Below, one piece after another: positions 52,618 through 63,119 of a DNA stretch of 64,000 nucleotides (positions within the stretch are counted from its first letter, which is position 1; the number at the start of each line of letters is the position of its first letter). Both the position numbers and the translations under genes were made by a program. The notes under the pieces are model-generated. The model saw only the letters and a program-made list of their open reading frames with translations, was not told the origin of the DNA and did no database searches. The stretch is from Daphnia carinata. Lineage: Eukaryota. Location: contig NC_081332.1 of NCBI RefSeq assembly GCF_022539665.2, forward strand, positions 4,960,001 to 5,024,000. Reading direction: 5' to 3'.

Positions 52618-53032
52618 CACACGCTCCAGCTCCAGGGCATGAGTAGGTGTACATGCACGCAATCCGACCATCTGGCGAAGACGAGGACGTTTACAAATTC
52701 AAAGTTGACCGAAAAAAGAAGATGAGCAAAAATTCAACGACCTGTTTCCGTCCTCTAACCTCGAGTCCAATCCAATGCAAATGACGATATTATTAGAAAC
52801 TGGTTGTAATGACCGCTACCAATTTTGGTTGTGTTATTTGTAAATGTACAGCTTTTTTTTTTTAAAGAAAAAAAAAACGTATGAGTGATAAGATCTCTTT
52901 TGATTCCATTTTTTTTTATGTCTTGTCCTTACGTGTATACTTGCTGTTTCTGTTCGTTAAAAGTGCCATGTTGTTTTGTTCAGTGTGCGGTGTAACCATG
53001 TGTTTTTTTTTGTTTGTTTTAACATCTAGTGC

Positions 53033-53038
53033 AATAAA
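53033..53038 (+). terminator. Candidate polyadenylation signal of flamingo
   Basis: AATAAA about 415 nt after the stop, followed by T/GT-rich sequence. Confidence 0.4.
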
Positions 53039-53254
53039 GGAATCTTGTCTGTTGTCAACCGTTTCTAATAGGAAAATCATTTGTAATCTAGCAAGTCTAA
53101 ATCAGCAGGTGTTAGTCGTAAATTGACAACAGATAGATTCATTTATAAGAAGTTAAACAAACGAGACATTAGATGTCTTGACAAAGAGGCCTGTAATAAG
53201 CAAAATCAAAAGGATATAATGTATCAGGGGCGCAAAATTGCTGCCATCTGTCAT

Positions 53255-53487
53255 TTCAAGTTAAAACTTCTTTGGCCTGGGTTCAAACGTAAGAACTCAG
53301 TTGGAAAAAAAAAAATAAATAAAATAAAAAATTCCGTCAACTAGCACAATCAATAAATCATGTCTATCACAGAGACATTCAAGTTAAAACGTCTTCGGCC
53401 TGGGTTCAAAACGTGAGACCGCAGTTGGAAAAACGAACAGAAACAAAATAAAAAATTCCGTCAAGCACAATTAATAAATCATGTCTA
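53255..53487. repeat. Diverged two-copy tandem duplication (unit about 123 bp)
   Basis: 53255-53366 and 53378-53487 share TTCAAGTTAAAAC..GGCCTGGGTTCAAA..CAGTTGGAAAAA..AAAATAAAAAATTCCGTCAA..GCACAAT.AATAAATCATGTCTA. Confidence 0.85.
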
Positions 53488-54154
53488 GCATGAAACATTT
53501 CCAAAAAGTAAAACTTTTGCAAAACAGCAAATGAGAATAAAAAGATTTTGCTTGCTGGGTTGGCGGCGAAATGACAATGAATAGATTCTCAGCGAGAAAA
53601 ATACAACATGATAACAAGACATAAGACGTCTTGGCGAAACAAGCCTATAATGGAATGGTGACTCGGGATGCACCAGTGAGGCACGAAAAGTGATGCCATC
53701 TAGCGCACAAAAATGAACCCCCCTCGATTCAAAAATGAAAAAAACGCAGTAAAAAAACATTTGGAAAAGTGGAAATTTTCTTCAGCACGTTTACGAAATT
53801 CCAAAGTATGAATGGCCATGCACTCACGCCCATTGACTACAGAAGTGTAATTAAACAGGCTTGCCTACCTTTAGGAAGCGTGATTCACCTAGATGCTTGG
53901 AGAGTTGACGTCATACAGGACCATGTCTAGATAAGGTTGCTCAATCTTCTCACACCAGTTGCAGGAATGTTGACACTTTTTATCACATTGATGTGGTATG
54001 TCATTGAAACAAAATTTTTATGTCAGTTCCAGTGTTTCACCAAACGGACATCATCTTGACAGGTTTGAATGACTTGAGCTGACAGCACTTGTTTATACAC
54101 TGGTGATACAAATGCAAGACAACGAACAAGAGTAGCCTATCATCCAGGATATCC

Positions 54155-54298
54155 TTAAACTGAGCAGCCACTTGTCTTTGGAGTACATTGATTGTCACTG
54201 GATATCGTGGGTGTCACAGGATATGCCAATAACTGATCAGCAACCAATGTCAGAATCAATAGCATAACCTGAATCACATGTGTAGCAGTGTCCGTCAT
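54155..54298 (-). CDS. Candidate small ORF, 47 aa, signal-peptide-like
   Basis: AAACC-ATG context; MTDTATHVIQVMLLILTLVADQLLAYPVTPTISSDNQCTPKTSGCSV*. It lies just after acceptor ttttctcatag|(54330), with upstream donor cacg|gtaagg (54652) and Inr TCATTC (+1 at 54735). No homology recognised. Confidence 0.3.
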   Translation of the reverse strand: MTDTATHVIQVMLLILTLVADQLLAYPVTPTISSDNQCTPKTSGCSV

Positions 54299-55057
54299 GG
54301 TTTAATCTTGAAGCACATGAAAAGTTTTACCTATGAGAAAAGTGATGTCATGGTTAATACTTTTGGGTTTTTCTAGTTTGTTTTTTTTGTTGTTGTTGAA
54401 GTATAACAAAGAAGATCATATGGTATTTTTTTATTTACTGGTATTAGATTATGACAAGAGGTCAAGTTGCCTCCACATAGCTAAATTGTGAATCGAAACT
54501 ATTTCACCATTCTTCGAAACCCAACACGTGCATGATAGAGAAAGGGGCAAACCTTTCTCTTCGTCAGACCTTTATTCTTACACCTTTTGACCTCAGTAAT
54601 TATATAATTCCAATATTTTTGTATAACTGACAACAAAAACTAATGCCTTACCGTGATTTTCTTAATTTTAACTCGGAAGGCGTTTCGCAGTTCTTCTTGA
54701 AACCTACTTTCGCCGTTCTTTACCAAAACTCGAATGAGAAAAGAGTTGCGAAATCTAAGCGCGCCAAGGCGCCATTAAGTTAAAATACATCGTTGCCAAG
54801 CCCATCATAAAATTTATTTTATTAAAATGAAATAATTTGACGAGAAACAAATGGGAGTCATCTAATTAAGAATCAATAAGTTAATCAAATACTGAATTTA
54901 TTATTTAATAACACCTTAAAAGAACATTTGGTAATAAATAAGTTGATCATGACGCTGTTGTACCTCTGCTGTGGCTGATAATAATCAATGATTGAATTCG
55001 TTTTTCATAATTTTGTTATGTTCTGTACTCAGAACATTTTTTAGCCAAAATTTATAG

Positions 55058-55890
55058 GTTTTTAACGGCTGCTGCGTGTGTTCACGTATGTATTGAAACA
55101 AAAAAAACATTTCATATCGATTGCCTTTTGTTTGTAGCAGGGTCCCTTGTCAAGAGCCCCCCTGTTCAAGGCCCAACCGAGTATCCCAGTCCAAAACACT
55201 TCCAATCCCTAATATAACATAATCAATCTTTCTTTTGCATGTTCAAGCTTGAGTTTGGCACAACAGCTTACAACTATACATCTGGAAAAGTTAGTGACCA
55301 TATTTTTTACTCGAAAAACTGGAATTACCATGGGTTGCCTGGACAGCTGGTTTTCTTTGTTTATACCTATTGGGACCAATCCACCAGGTATATCATATTA
55401 CAATGATTTTAATCTGCTACTATTTTTATTTCGTGAAATAATCATAAGCCATTTTCCATTATTCTTAGGTACCAATTGCTTTTATCATTCTGGGAGTAGC
55501 AGACATGGTTTTTAGTTTGCTTTATGTATACTAGTTGTTCAGGTTATTATAATTTTATAGTTCCTAGTGTTTTATAGTTACACCTGAGACTGAGCTTCCT
55601 CATGAATATTATGGATTTTCGGCCAGCTGAATGGTTCCCTTCACAGCTTGAAAAATGGTTTCAATTCTGTCAACAACCAGGTGTGTATGTAAAAATTGAG
55701 CATTGATATATAACTGTTTCTTGTTACTACTTGTTTGCAAAATTTACAGATGGAAGTTCCGTAAAGAACCATTTTTACCTAGTAAAGAAAGATGGTGGAA
55801 AGAAAAAGCATATATAATAAGCATATCCTGTTTATTTTGCAAACATGCAATCCTAGCCATTCAGTGTCCTTTGGTATAAAAGAAATCAAG
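55058..55890 (+). ncRNA. Candidate spliced lncRNA or decayed pseudogene
   Basis: Short GT-AG introns of locally typical size (55086-55137/55140, 55388-55468, 55681-55749), but I could not build a continuous long ORF. Confidence 0.3.
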
Positions 55891-56493
55891 GTAACGAGTA
55901 AGCGGCCGAGTCGAAGAAGAATTTACAGTATTTTATTTATATACGTTGAAGTGCATACCTGGGCCCCATTGTTTTCTGCCATCCCGTTTCCACTTGACTT
56001 GTGATAAGACCGTAGAGGGTCATGCCGTTACTTGTGCACGATTTATAACTTATACAGCTGATACTAAACCACTGAGCTAAGGTTGACACTTTAATACAAA
56101 TTACTTCTGCCACTAACTGATGCACCTGTGTGAAAATGACGATAGGCCCTTACATGTAAATGGAGCAAACAAAACATGACTTTTGGTAAAAAAGATATTT
56201 CACTAAGAAAAAGATATCTCACTAATGACTAATCATGTGTATGTAGAGGGCAAAATTTATCAAGGATATCTTTTTGAATTGGAGATACAAAACATACTTA
56301 GTATTAGGGAAATTTATCATGCATTTTCCTTTAAGTGACTTACTTACAAGCAACGCCGTAACAACGAGGTAAATGGGCGTTACTTTACCCTACAAAATAT
56401 TATGTTTAGACACAGTAGCTGCTTTATGCAGTCTCAGAAATTTTCCCAGGCGTGCACAACATTTCTGCCAACTGTAAGTTTTCGCCAAATCAG

Positions 56494-58604
56494 TTACGGA
56501 ATGCGTGTCGAACGGATTACACGACTTTGCTGCAAATATCATTCAGAAAAAGGTCTGTTATTATTTTTTCTAAATTTTTCAACTTGCTGTAATTTGAAAG
56601 CAATTCACCAAGTACTCCTGTTCACTATCAGCGAAGCCGCCGTCTGCACAAACAATTTGATATTGCTTGGCCTTTAACGCCGCCATAGGTACCAAAATCT
56701 TTTTGGCGATTGCAGGTTTATTCTGGGCCGATCCGGAAATGTTCGTCAAAAGACGCATCTGATCGCTCTTGTGACTTGGATCAAGTATCAGCAGACGTGC
56801 TTTTCCCTGTGTCGTTTCTTCAATGCCAATAATCGTGCGGCTGTGACCTAGAAAAAGAAAATTGAATGAAACATAAATTTTTACTAATAATATAGGGCTG
56901 TTCATACCTTGGTGTTGAAAGTACAATGGGGGCTTAAATTCAGACGTTTCCTCAAAGTATTTCTTTACCCAGTCGAATAACGCAGGGTGTAGTTTACCGT
57001 CGGGAGAAGTAGGTCGATGGAAATCTATCAAACGATATCTGTGCAGGAAAAATATGGTAGGTATCAATAAAAGTGTTGGCAATAAAATAAACGTTTACGA
57101 TTTTATTAATTCACCGTATGCGACATGAAGCCAGAAGTGTCGCTATTTCTGTTGCGCCAATCCATTTACATGTACCAGACAGCTTGCCTCCTAATTGTTC
57201 ACACCCCTATCCAGCATTCGCATTAAAAGTAACGTTAGGTATGAAGTGGTTTAAAAGTAAGTCTACTTACTTGTTCATCAAATCCCATCTTCCAGGCTTC
57301 TTCTATTGCCGATTGAAGTCGAGAAATGGACGGGACTTTGATGGAATTATCGGAGGCTGTTGATGTTGAAGGACAAAGGTTCACCAGTCGGTCGGCATAC
57401 TGAGGAGAACGAAGAAGTGCGCTGAGTAACATCTGTAGGTTCCTACGTCGTTACTTGAAATTTACTCGACATAGTCGCGATGTTATAACACACTTTTCAC
57501 CTTTACCGATAGCCGCAACCCCAACCAGAGTCGCCGAAAGATGCAGCGTAGTGATCAACCGCACTACACATGTTCGCGGATTGTACCACCGCAAGCTTTC
57601 TGATATGGTTTGTAATATCTGCAATACAAAACGTTATTAATGAGAGTAAGTCAAAGTTTGATTGCTTTATGTTCTACCTAGAGTGGCTGACGAACCATCA
57701 TCCAGTCCGATTTTTTCACTCATTTTAAGCATAATCCGTTTTTCATGATAATCTACAGCAGACATGTTCCCTTTTTCGACAGATTTGAAAAGATTTGCAT
57801 CGCACTGTCGATTCAGACTTCTTCCTTGATCGAAACCATGCATCGATTGAAGTCGCTTGAAATCGTCACGTTCCTTGTTCTCCATTAAAAATCGTTCTTC
57901 TTGGTCCAACTTACGGGCAAGCTCTTCATCAGCGTCTGACATTTTAACAGGGTGAAATCTAATACACCTCATCCAAAAAGAAAAATATGAACATTGCATG
58001 TTACCATTGGGTATATCTGTTGAGAAATGCAGGTTGACATGTTGTGCAAGTAGCTCCTCAGAGTAGAATTCAGAGAAACAAACAGGACAAGACAATATCT
58101 GAATTTGCACCTGGGATGTAGGTTCCTATAAAAACACTATTTTTAAAACAACCACGAAACTAACTATATGACTAAAAATGGTATATGCTGATAGGCCAAA
58201 CTAATGTAAATACACAACTATACCTCATTTTGTAATACATCATGTTCTATACGAAAGTGAGATTCAAGCAATAATGTATCTTTAAATGTTTGGCTGCAAA
58301 GTGGACAAGAATGCACGGCAGAGCTGAATGGCTTTGAAGTATCTTTGGAAATTTGTTCATCCATATCCTGAAATAAAACACACTTGAATTGCCACCTAGT
58401 AATTCACTAGACAACATTTTAACTTACATTTAGATGTTCATTTTCAATGTGAGCTTCCATAATACATAGTTCTTCACAAACTTGAGGGCACATTGGACAG
58501 GTAAACTTTGGTACTCGATCAGAATTCATTTTACTTTGACCGGATACTACAGTAGAATATGACGGCTTGCTCGGTAGGATACAACAATCTTCGTCAGAGC
58601 TCAT
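56494..58604 (-). CDS. ZUP1: Zinc finger-containing ubiquitin peptidase 1 (ZUFSP), peptidase C78 deubiquitinase, 10 exons, 493 aa
   Basis: Exons: 58604-58428, 58367-58224, 58125-58005, 57935-57678, 57618-57507, 57442-57271, 57206-57115, 57038-56908, 56847-56609, 56529-56494 (1482 nt). Three C2H2/UBZ-like fingers (CPMC, CPLC, CPVC), MIU-like DADEELARKLDQEE, catalytic GWGCGYRNLQ (Cys), KWIGATE, YFQHQGHSRTIIG (His), LLILDP (Asp), C-terminal STRIP. Confidence 0.93.
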
Positions 58605-58945
58605 TTTTAACTCTGAAAGTTTTGTTTTACACGAATAATACGTGAAAACGATAGAAATACCACAAATATGATGGCTTTTCCCGCCGTGACTAAAGCTTAA
58701 AACTGTAAACAACCTTCTACTGAACACCGTCTGCAATGGAACAAGGTTAGCAGACGGATGTAAAAGAAATCATGTGGGAAAAATTAAAATAATATGTTCC
58801 CCTGGTGTATTTGTGGGATCGGTAATAATTGGTTTAAAATTTCTCATTTAATAAAGGAATTTGCGATTTTAGGTGTTTTCATAATAATTTAATAAATAAG
58901 TTGGGATGATAGGCAAGTGCGTGACATGGATAACACTGATGAAAA

Positions 58946-59684
58946 TTACATATCGTTTGTGAAATCCTCGCCTAAAAATCCTTGCATAGTTGTAATATTG
59001 TAAGGACAAGCCTGAAATACATTGGCACATGTTGCCAGGCCCTGGGAACCGGTGAAAACGGCTAGTTCAAAAGGAAGAGCTGGAGAACCGGGATCTTTTC
59101 TCATCAATTCAGCCGGATGCATATTACGCCTGTTACGAGATGCAAACATTATTCGTCAGATGTAAATTAAGGAAAGCTCATTTTCTGCTTAGGGGTAATC
59201 AATGTCGTTCTACGTACTTGGCTACTTTTAAAAGAATTAAATCTTCCTCCAAGGCTGGATCCAACAAAGTGTTATTCTTCGTTGCCTCAATTCTTGTGCC
59301 TTCCAGTTCGCATAGGAAGCGAAGCAGGCAGTTACTTCGATCCATCGACAGGATTAACTGTAAAAGAGGATGAATACTGTATAACACGTTCACGTAGGGC
59401 ATTGATTACTTGTGTCTAACCTTCAAGATAGCATCTCTGTCTCCAAGCCTAATGCGATTCGAAAGTTGACCAACGGCAGATCTCCTTTTCCTTCCCTTAA
59501 ATTTGAACGGAAGATAGCCTAGCTCGGAGAAGAGCATGTATATCAATACCGCTATTGATACGCCGAGACCACCTTTGGTAGAAATCTCAGGATAAATTCC
59601 AGTCGGGCTCAAATTGATGTTTGAAACAGAGGCCAGTACACCGACTAACAATACTAAAAAGACGATCACTCGCAGAAGTTTCAT
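58946..59684 (-). CDS. Uncharacterised secreted or membrane protein, DM4/DM12-like (3 exons, 195 aa)
   Basis: Exons 59684-59421, 59357-59218, 59129-58946 (588 nt, phase consistent). Signal peptide MKLLRVIVFLVLLVGVLA, second hydrophobic segment GLGVSIAVLIYMLF, furin-type RKRR|S, then CLLRFLCE and CANVFQACP, a four-Cys pattern resembling arthropod DM4/DM12 proteins. Family assignment is by motif recall only. Confidence 0.75.
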
Positions 59685-60683
59685 TTTTAAAGCTCTTGAA
59701 CTATGTCAGCTCCGGAAAGGCCACGGAGATACTGAACTTCAGTAAAGAGGGATGTCAACCTGATGCTTTTTTACCCCGGAAGTGCAGATAGGAAGTCACC
59801 AGTGGGACGTGACGTACCTTCATAATCACTTAGGGAAGTTTTCTTGTCTTTGTTAAATCATAATGCGTTCCTAGTGAAACGTCTCGAAGTTTTCCGTGTG
59901 CCGTAATGTTGTTTCTTTATCAAACTGCGAGGGTCAGATGAGCGGCAGGTTGGTTTCTGATAATGACAACACAAACCAATATACCACGGTCTTCAGTCGT
60001 TTCGCTATATAATGACAATTCCAAATGTAAATGAAGCGCAAACGAATCTTCCTTCAAAGTTCAATAACTAAGAAGCCGGATGTTGGTCACATACCCAAAA
60101 ATGGATTAAGTTATTGAGCTCTTCTAAGCTCGGTCTGTGTCAAATTAGACCGATGGGTTTGAGAACGCAGAACTGAGGATTTCTTGCGACCTGGTTCTCG
60201 TGGGCTGAGAATATCGAGGATGTGCAAATATGGCAATAGACGATAAACAGAATCAAAATTTGAATAAAAATTCATCGTATTTACCATTTGTCTCCGAATT
60301 ATCGCCATAATGTGGGTTAGGGCATTGCCCAGCTCATGCTGCGAGGGTCACACCTTTAAAATCTGTTTAAACAGAATCACGAAACATAATGAGCAAATAC
60401 AACAAGAACTGATAAATATAATAACAACAGCAACGAACAAAAACGTAAATACTAACGCGATCTGACTGCTTTTGGGCGGTTTTCTCCGTGCAGAACTTGC
60501 ATTCGTATTCGGCTAGCTGGGTGAATACAAATGTCGAAAGAACCGTTACAGGATCTCTCCACATGACGTATCCTTCTTATCGAGAACATTCAATTTTGGT
60601 GTGCTAAAATGGACCTTTGCACTTATAATGTATTTTGTAATGCTCGAAAAAGTATATTACAGCTTATAAATTTGTGCTAAGTG

Positions 60684-61503
60684 CTATCGGTTCCTCGCAT
60701 CGGCTACTTGAGCCGGGACTGTTACGACGATTCCGTCCATTGATTCTGTCAAAGTAATTTGACATCCCAAGCGTGATCTGTGATAAATATTTCATAGGTT
60801 ATTATTTTACACATGATTCTAGGATGAAAAATAATTAAACTTACGTGTCACAAAGCCCATATGCTAGATCAAGCATATCCATCTCTTCATCAGATGGTTT
60901 ATCTGGAAGTTTATCAAAATCTTCCTTCTTGAAAATTATATGACATGTTGAACATGAAAGTGTGCCCTCACAAGCACCTACAAAAACAAAATGTAATCTT
61001 CCTAAGAATGTTTCTACTTCCTAAAATTAAGCAATGTTTGTGTGAAAAGCAGGTGTTCATTGGGGTATAATTTGGGACAAAACAGTTTGGAAAGAGAAAA
61101 ACCTGGGAGGGAAGGCAGCATCATGTTAGTTTTCGTTAAAGCAGGTGCCTAATTCACACTATCTTAAACTAACCAAAACCTTCTAGGTCCACGTCATTAT
61201 TGATGGCAGCATCCAGGAATGTATCACCCACTTTTGCTTTGACTAGCATGGAATTGCCTTCTCTATTTACAAACGTGACAGATATCCTGCAAAAATGGAA
61301 TCATTTGAATAACCGATTGGTTGAAATAGTTCTGAACAGCGTTCATACATTTTCTTTTGTAAAGAAGGCAGACTATTGCAGAAGGAACGACGGTCTTGAT
61401 GCCGAACATCCGACGCCAATGGACGACAAACGTTTGATTTTTCACCCAGCATCATTAGGGATCGCTGCGCTGAAACTCTCAGCGTACTTATAATTCGCAA
61501 CAT
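60684..61503 (-). CDS. FDX1: Mitochondrial 2Fe-2S ferredoxin (adrenodoxin, FDX1-type), 4 exons, 164 aa
   Basis: Exons 61503-61349, 61286-61174, 60977-60845, 60777-60684 (495 nt). Arg/Ser-rich transit peptide; [16 protein letters not shown] and SRLGCQ cluster ligands; [10 protein letters not shown] acidic helix; C-terminal VADAR as in FDX1, not the PKPH end of FDX2. Confidence 0.93.
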
Positions 61504-62102
61504 ATTTGCGTAAAATCCGGGTATGTCAAATAGAACTCGACTTAGCAACAACAAGAATCACACGCCGGATTACCGTCTGCAAATAAACGTCTCGCGACAT
61601 CTAGGAACTAGTGACATTACTAAAATTCCTACCTTGATAGATGGCGTTGGACATTTCCATTCTGGCAGCAGGCAGCGTCATTGAAAGAAGATCTTGCACT
61701 TAGTATATCGGGAACTTTATCAATTATTTCACCCAAGCAGGGTAGAGCTTTGTCTGATAGAAGATATTATAGATTGCGATGTAGTCAACTAGAACACCTG
61801 GAAAAAAATAAAAATAAAACAATACATTTTTTCGGATTAAAAAGAATTTAAATGACCTACGAAGTTTACCAGAATTTTCCTTACACGGAAGCCACGATTA
61901 AGTCAACGACATGATCTGTTTATTCACTTGGCGGGAAGTTATCGTGCTTAGGCATACTAATTAGCCTTCCACGCCTATACAGGTGAGTCTGTTACAACAG
62001 CGTGAGAAACATCCGCTGACTTAATTTCTTTCGACACACAAACCGTCCTTCCTTCTCGGTTTCGAACGTCGTTCATTGAACAACAAACAAAAAAAACCTA
62101 AA

Positions 62103-62133
<31 letters not shown>

Positions 62134-63080
62134 GAAAAAACGGAAGTAAACTGATCTAAATTCCACTTGGATTAACAGGTACCAAATCAGAATTCAAACA
62201 TGCAAATCATAATCACCTAAGCTCGGAATTTACCATTCTGTTCGCTACCGAATGTGTAACTATTTCCATCACATTTTTTGTATTTATTACGGCCAACTTA
62301 TGGCGATAGCTTCTGGATAGTACCACAAGAACTTTGGCGGATCACCTCAATCACATTTAGCGAGTACGTGCGACAACGCAACATTCGAATAACATGTAAT
62401 TAATGCTAGAAACCCCACACCACCCACGATAACGGTTACAATAAGTGCATCAGAAGCGGCGACCATTGCTGAATAAGCTGCAAAAGGCTCGACTATTATG
62501 GATAAGATATTTTTTCCTCTCTCAGTATGTCAAGCCAAAAAAATGAACTTTCGAGAGCAGTTAAAAATTATATGAATATGACCAGCTCCACAGCTGATAA
62601 GCAAGCCACTTAGCGCCCGTTATTTTGTTGTCAGGTGAGCATTGCTGTTTCAGGGTACATGGAAGTCTAACATTAACGGTTTCACAAAAAGAAACCCGCA
62701 ATAATAATTCGTGAGACATCTGAGCAAGTCGGGCTCGCCAAAATGCAATAACATACAAATCACGCTCACGATCGTACACGATGATAACGCATTTGCTATA
62801 TAATCTACGCATCAACCACTCAAGTCCCGACACTCTTAAGGCCACCATATTTTTCTTCAACGGAGTTTGGAACCGGTGCATATCACCTGTCAAACAGTGG
62901 CTAGAAATTCAACTTTCCATCGGCATACATGAATTACAAATTACATTTTCCACTAATAATAAAAAAAAAATATGAATAAATTAAATCAAACACGCAAAAA
63001 ATATCGCCACCATTCACGAAATTATCAACTTAAAATTGTAAGTCGGAAAAAAAACAGAAAAAAAACGGAATATCTTTTTT

Positions 63081-63118
<38 letters not shown>
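63081..63118. repeat. (TC)n microsatellite
   Basis: Near-perfect TC run. Similar (CA)n and (GA)n runs occur at about 494-515, 4919-4945, 5111-5130 and 14316-14336. Confidence 0.8.

Positions 63119-63119
<1 letters not shown>

Noticed and set aside
53255..53487. Tandem repeat as a CRISPR array or tRNA genes
   Set aside because: Eukaryotic context, only two long diverged units, no spacers or cas genes and no cloverleaf.
54531..54570. ATGA...AAA hairpin as a SECIS element
   Set aside because: No 3' GA to complete the quartet and no in-frame TGA selenoprotein ORF nearby.
61960..62230. Plus-strand donor (ag|gtgagt near 61982) and acceptor (taacag| near 62179)
   Set aside because: No ORF or further exon support within the window. 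It may be a UTR or lncRNA junction, but I cannot support that.
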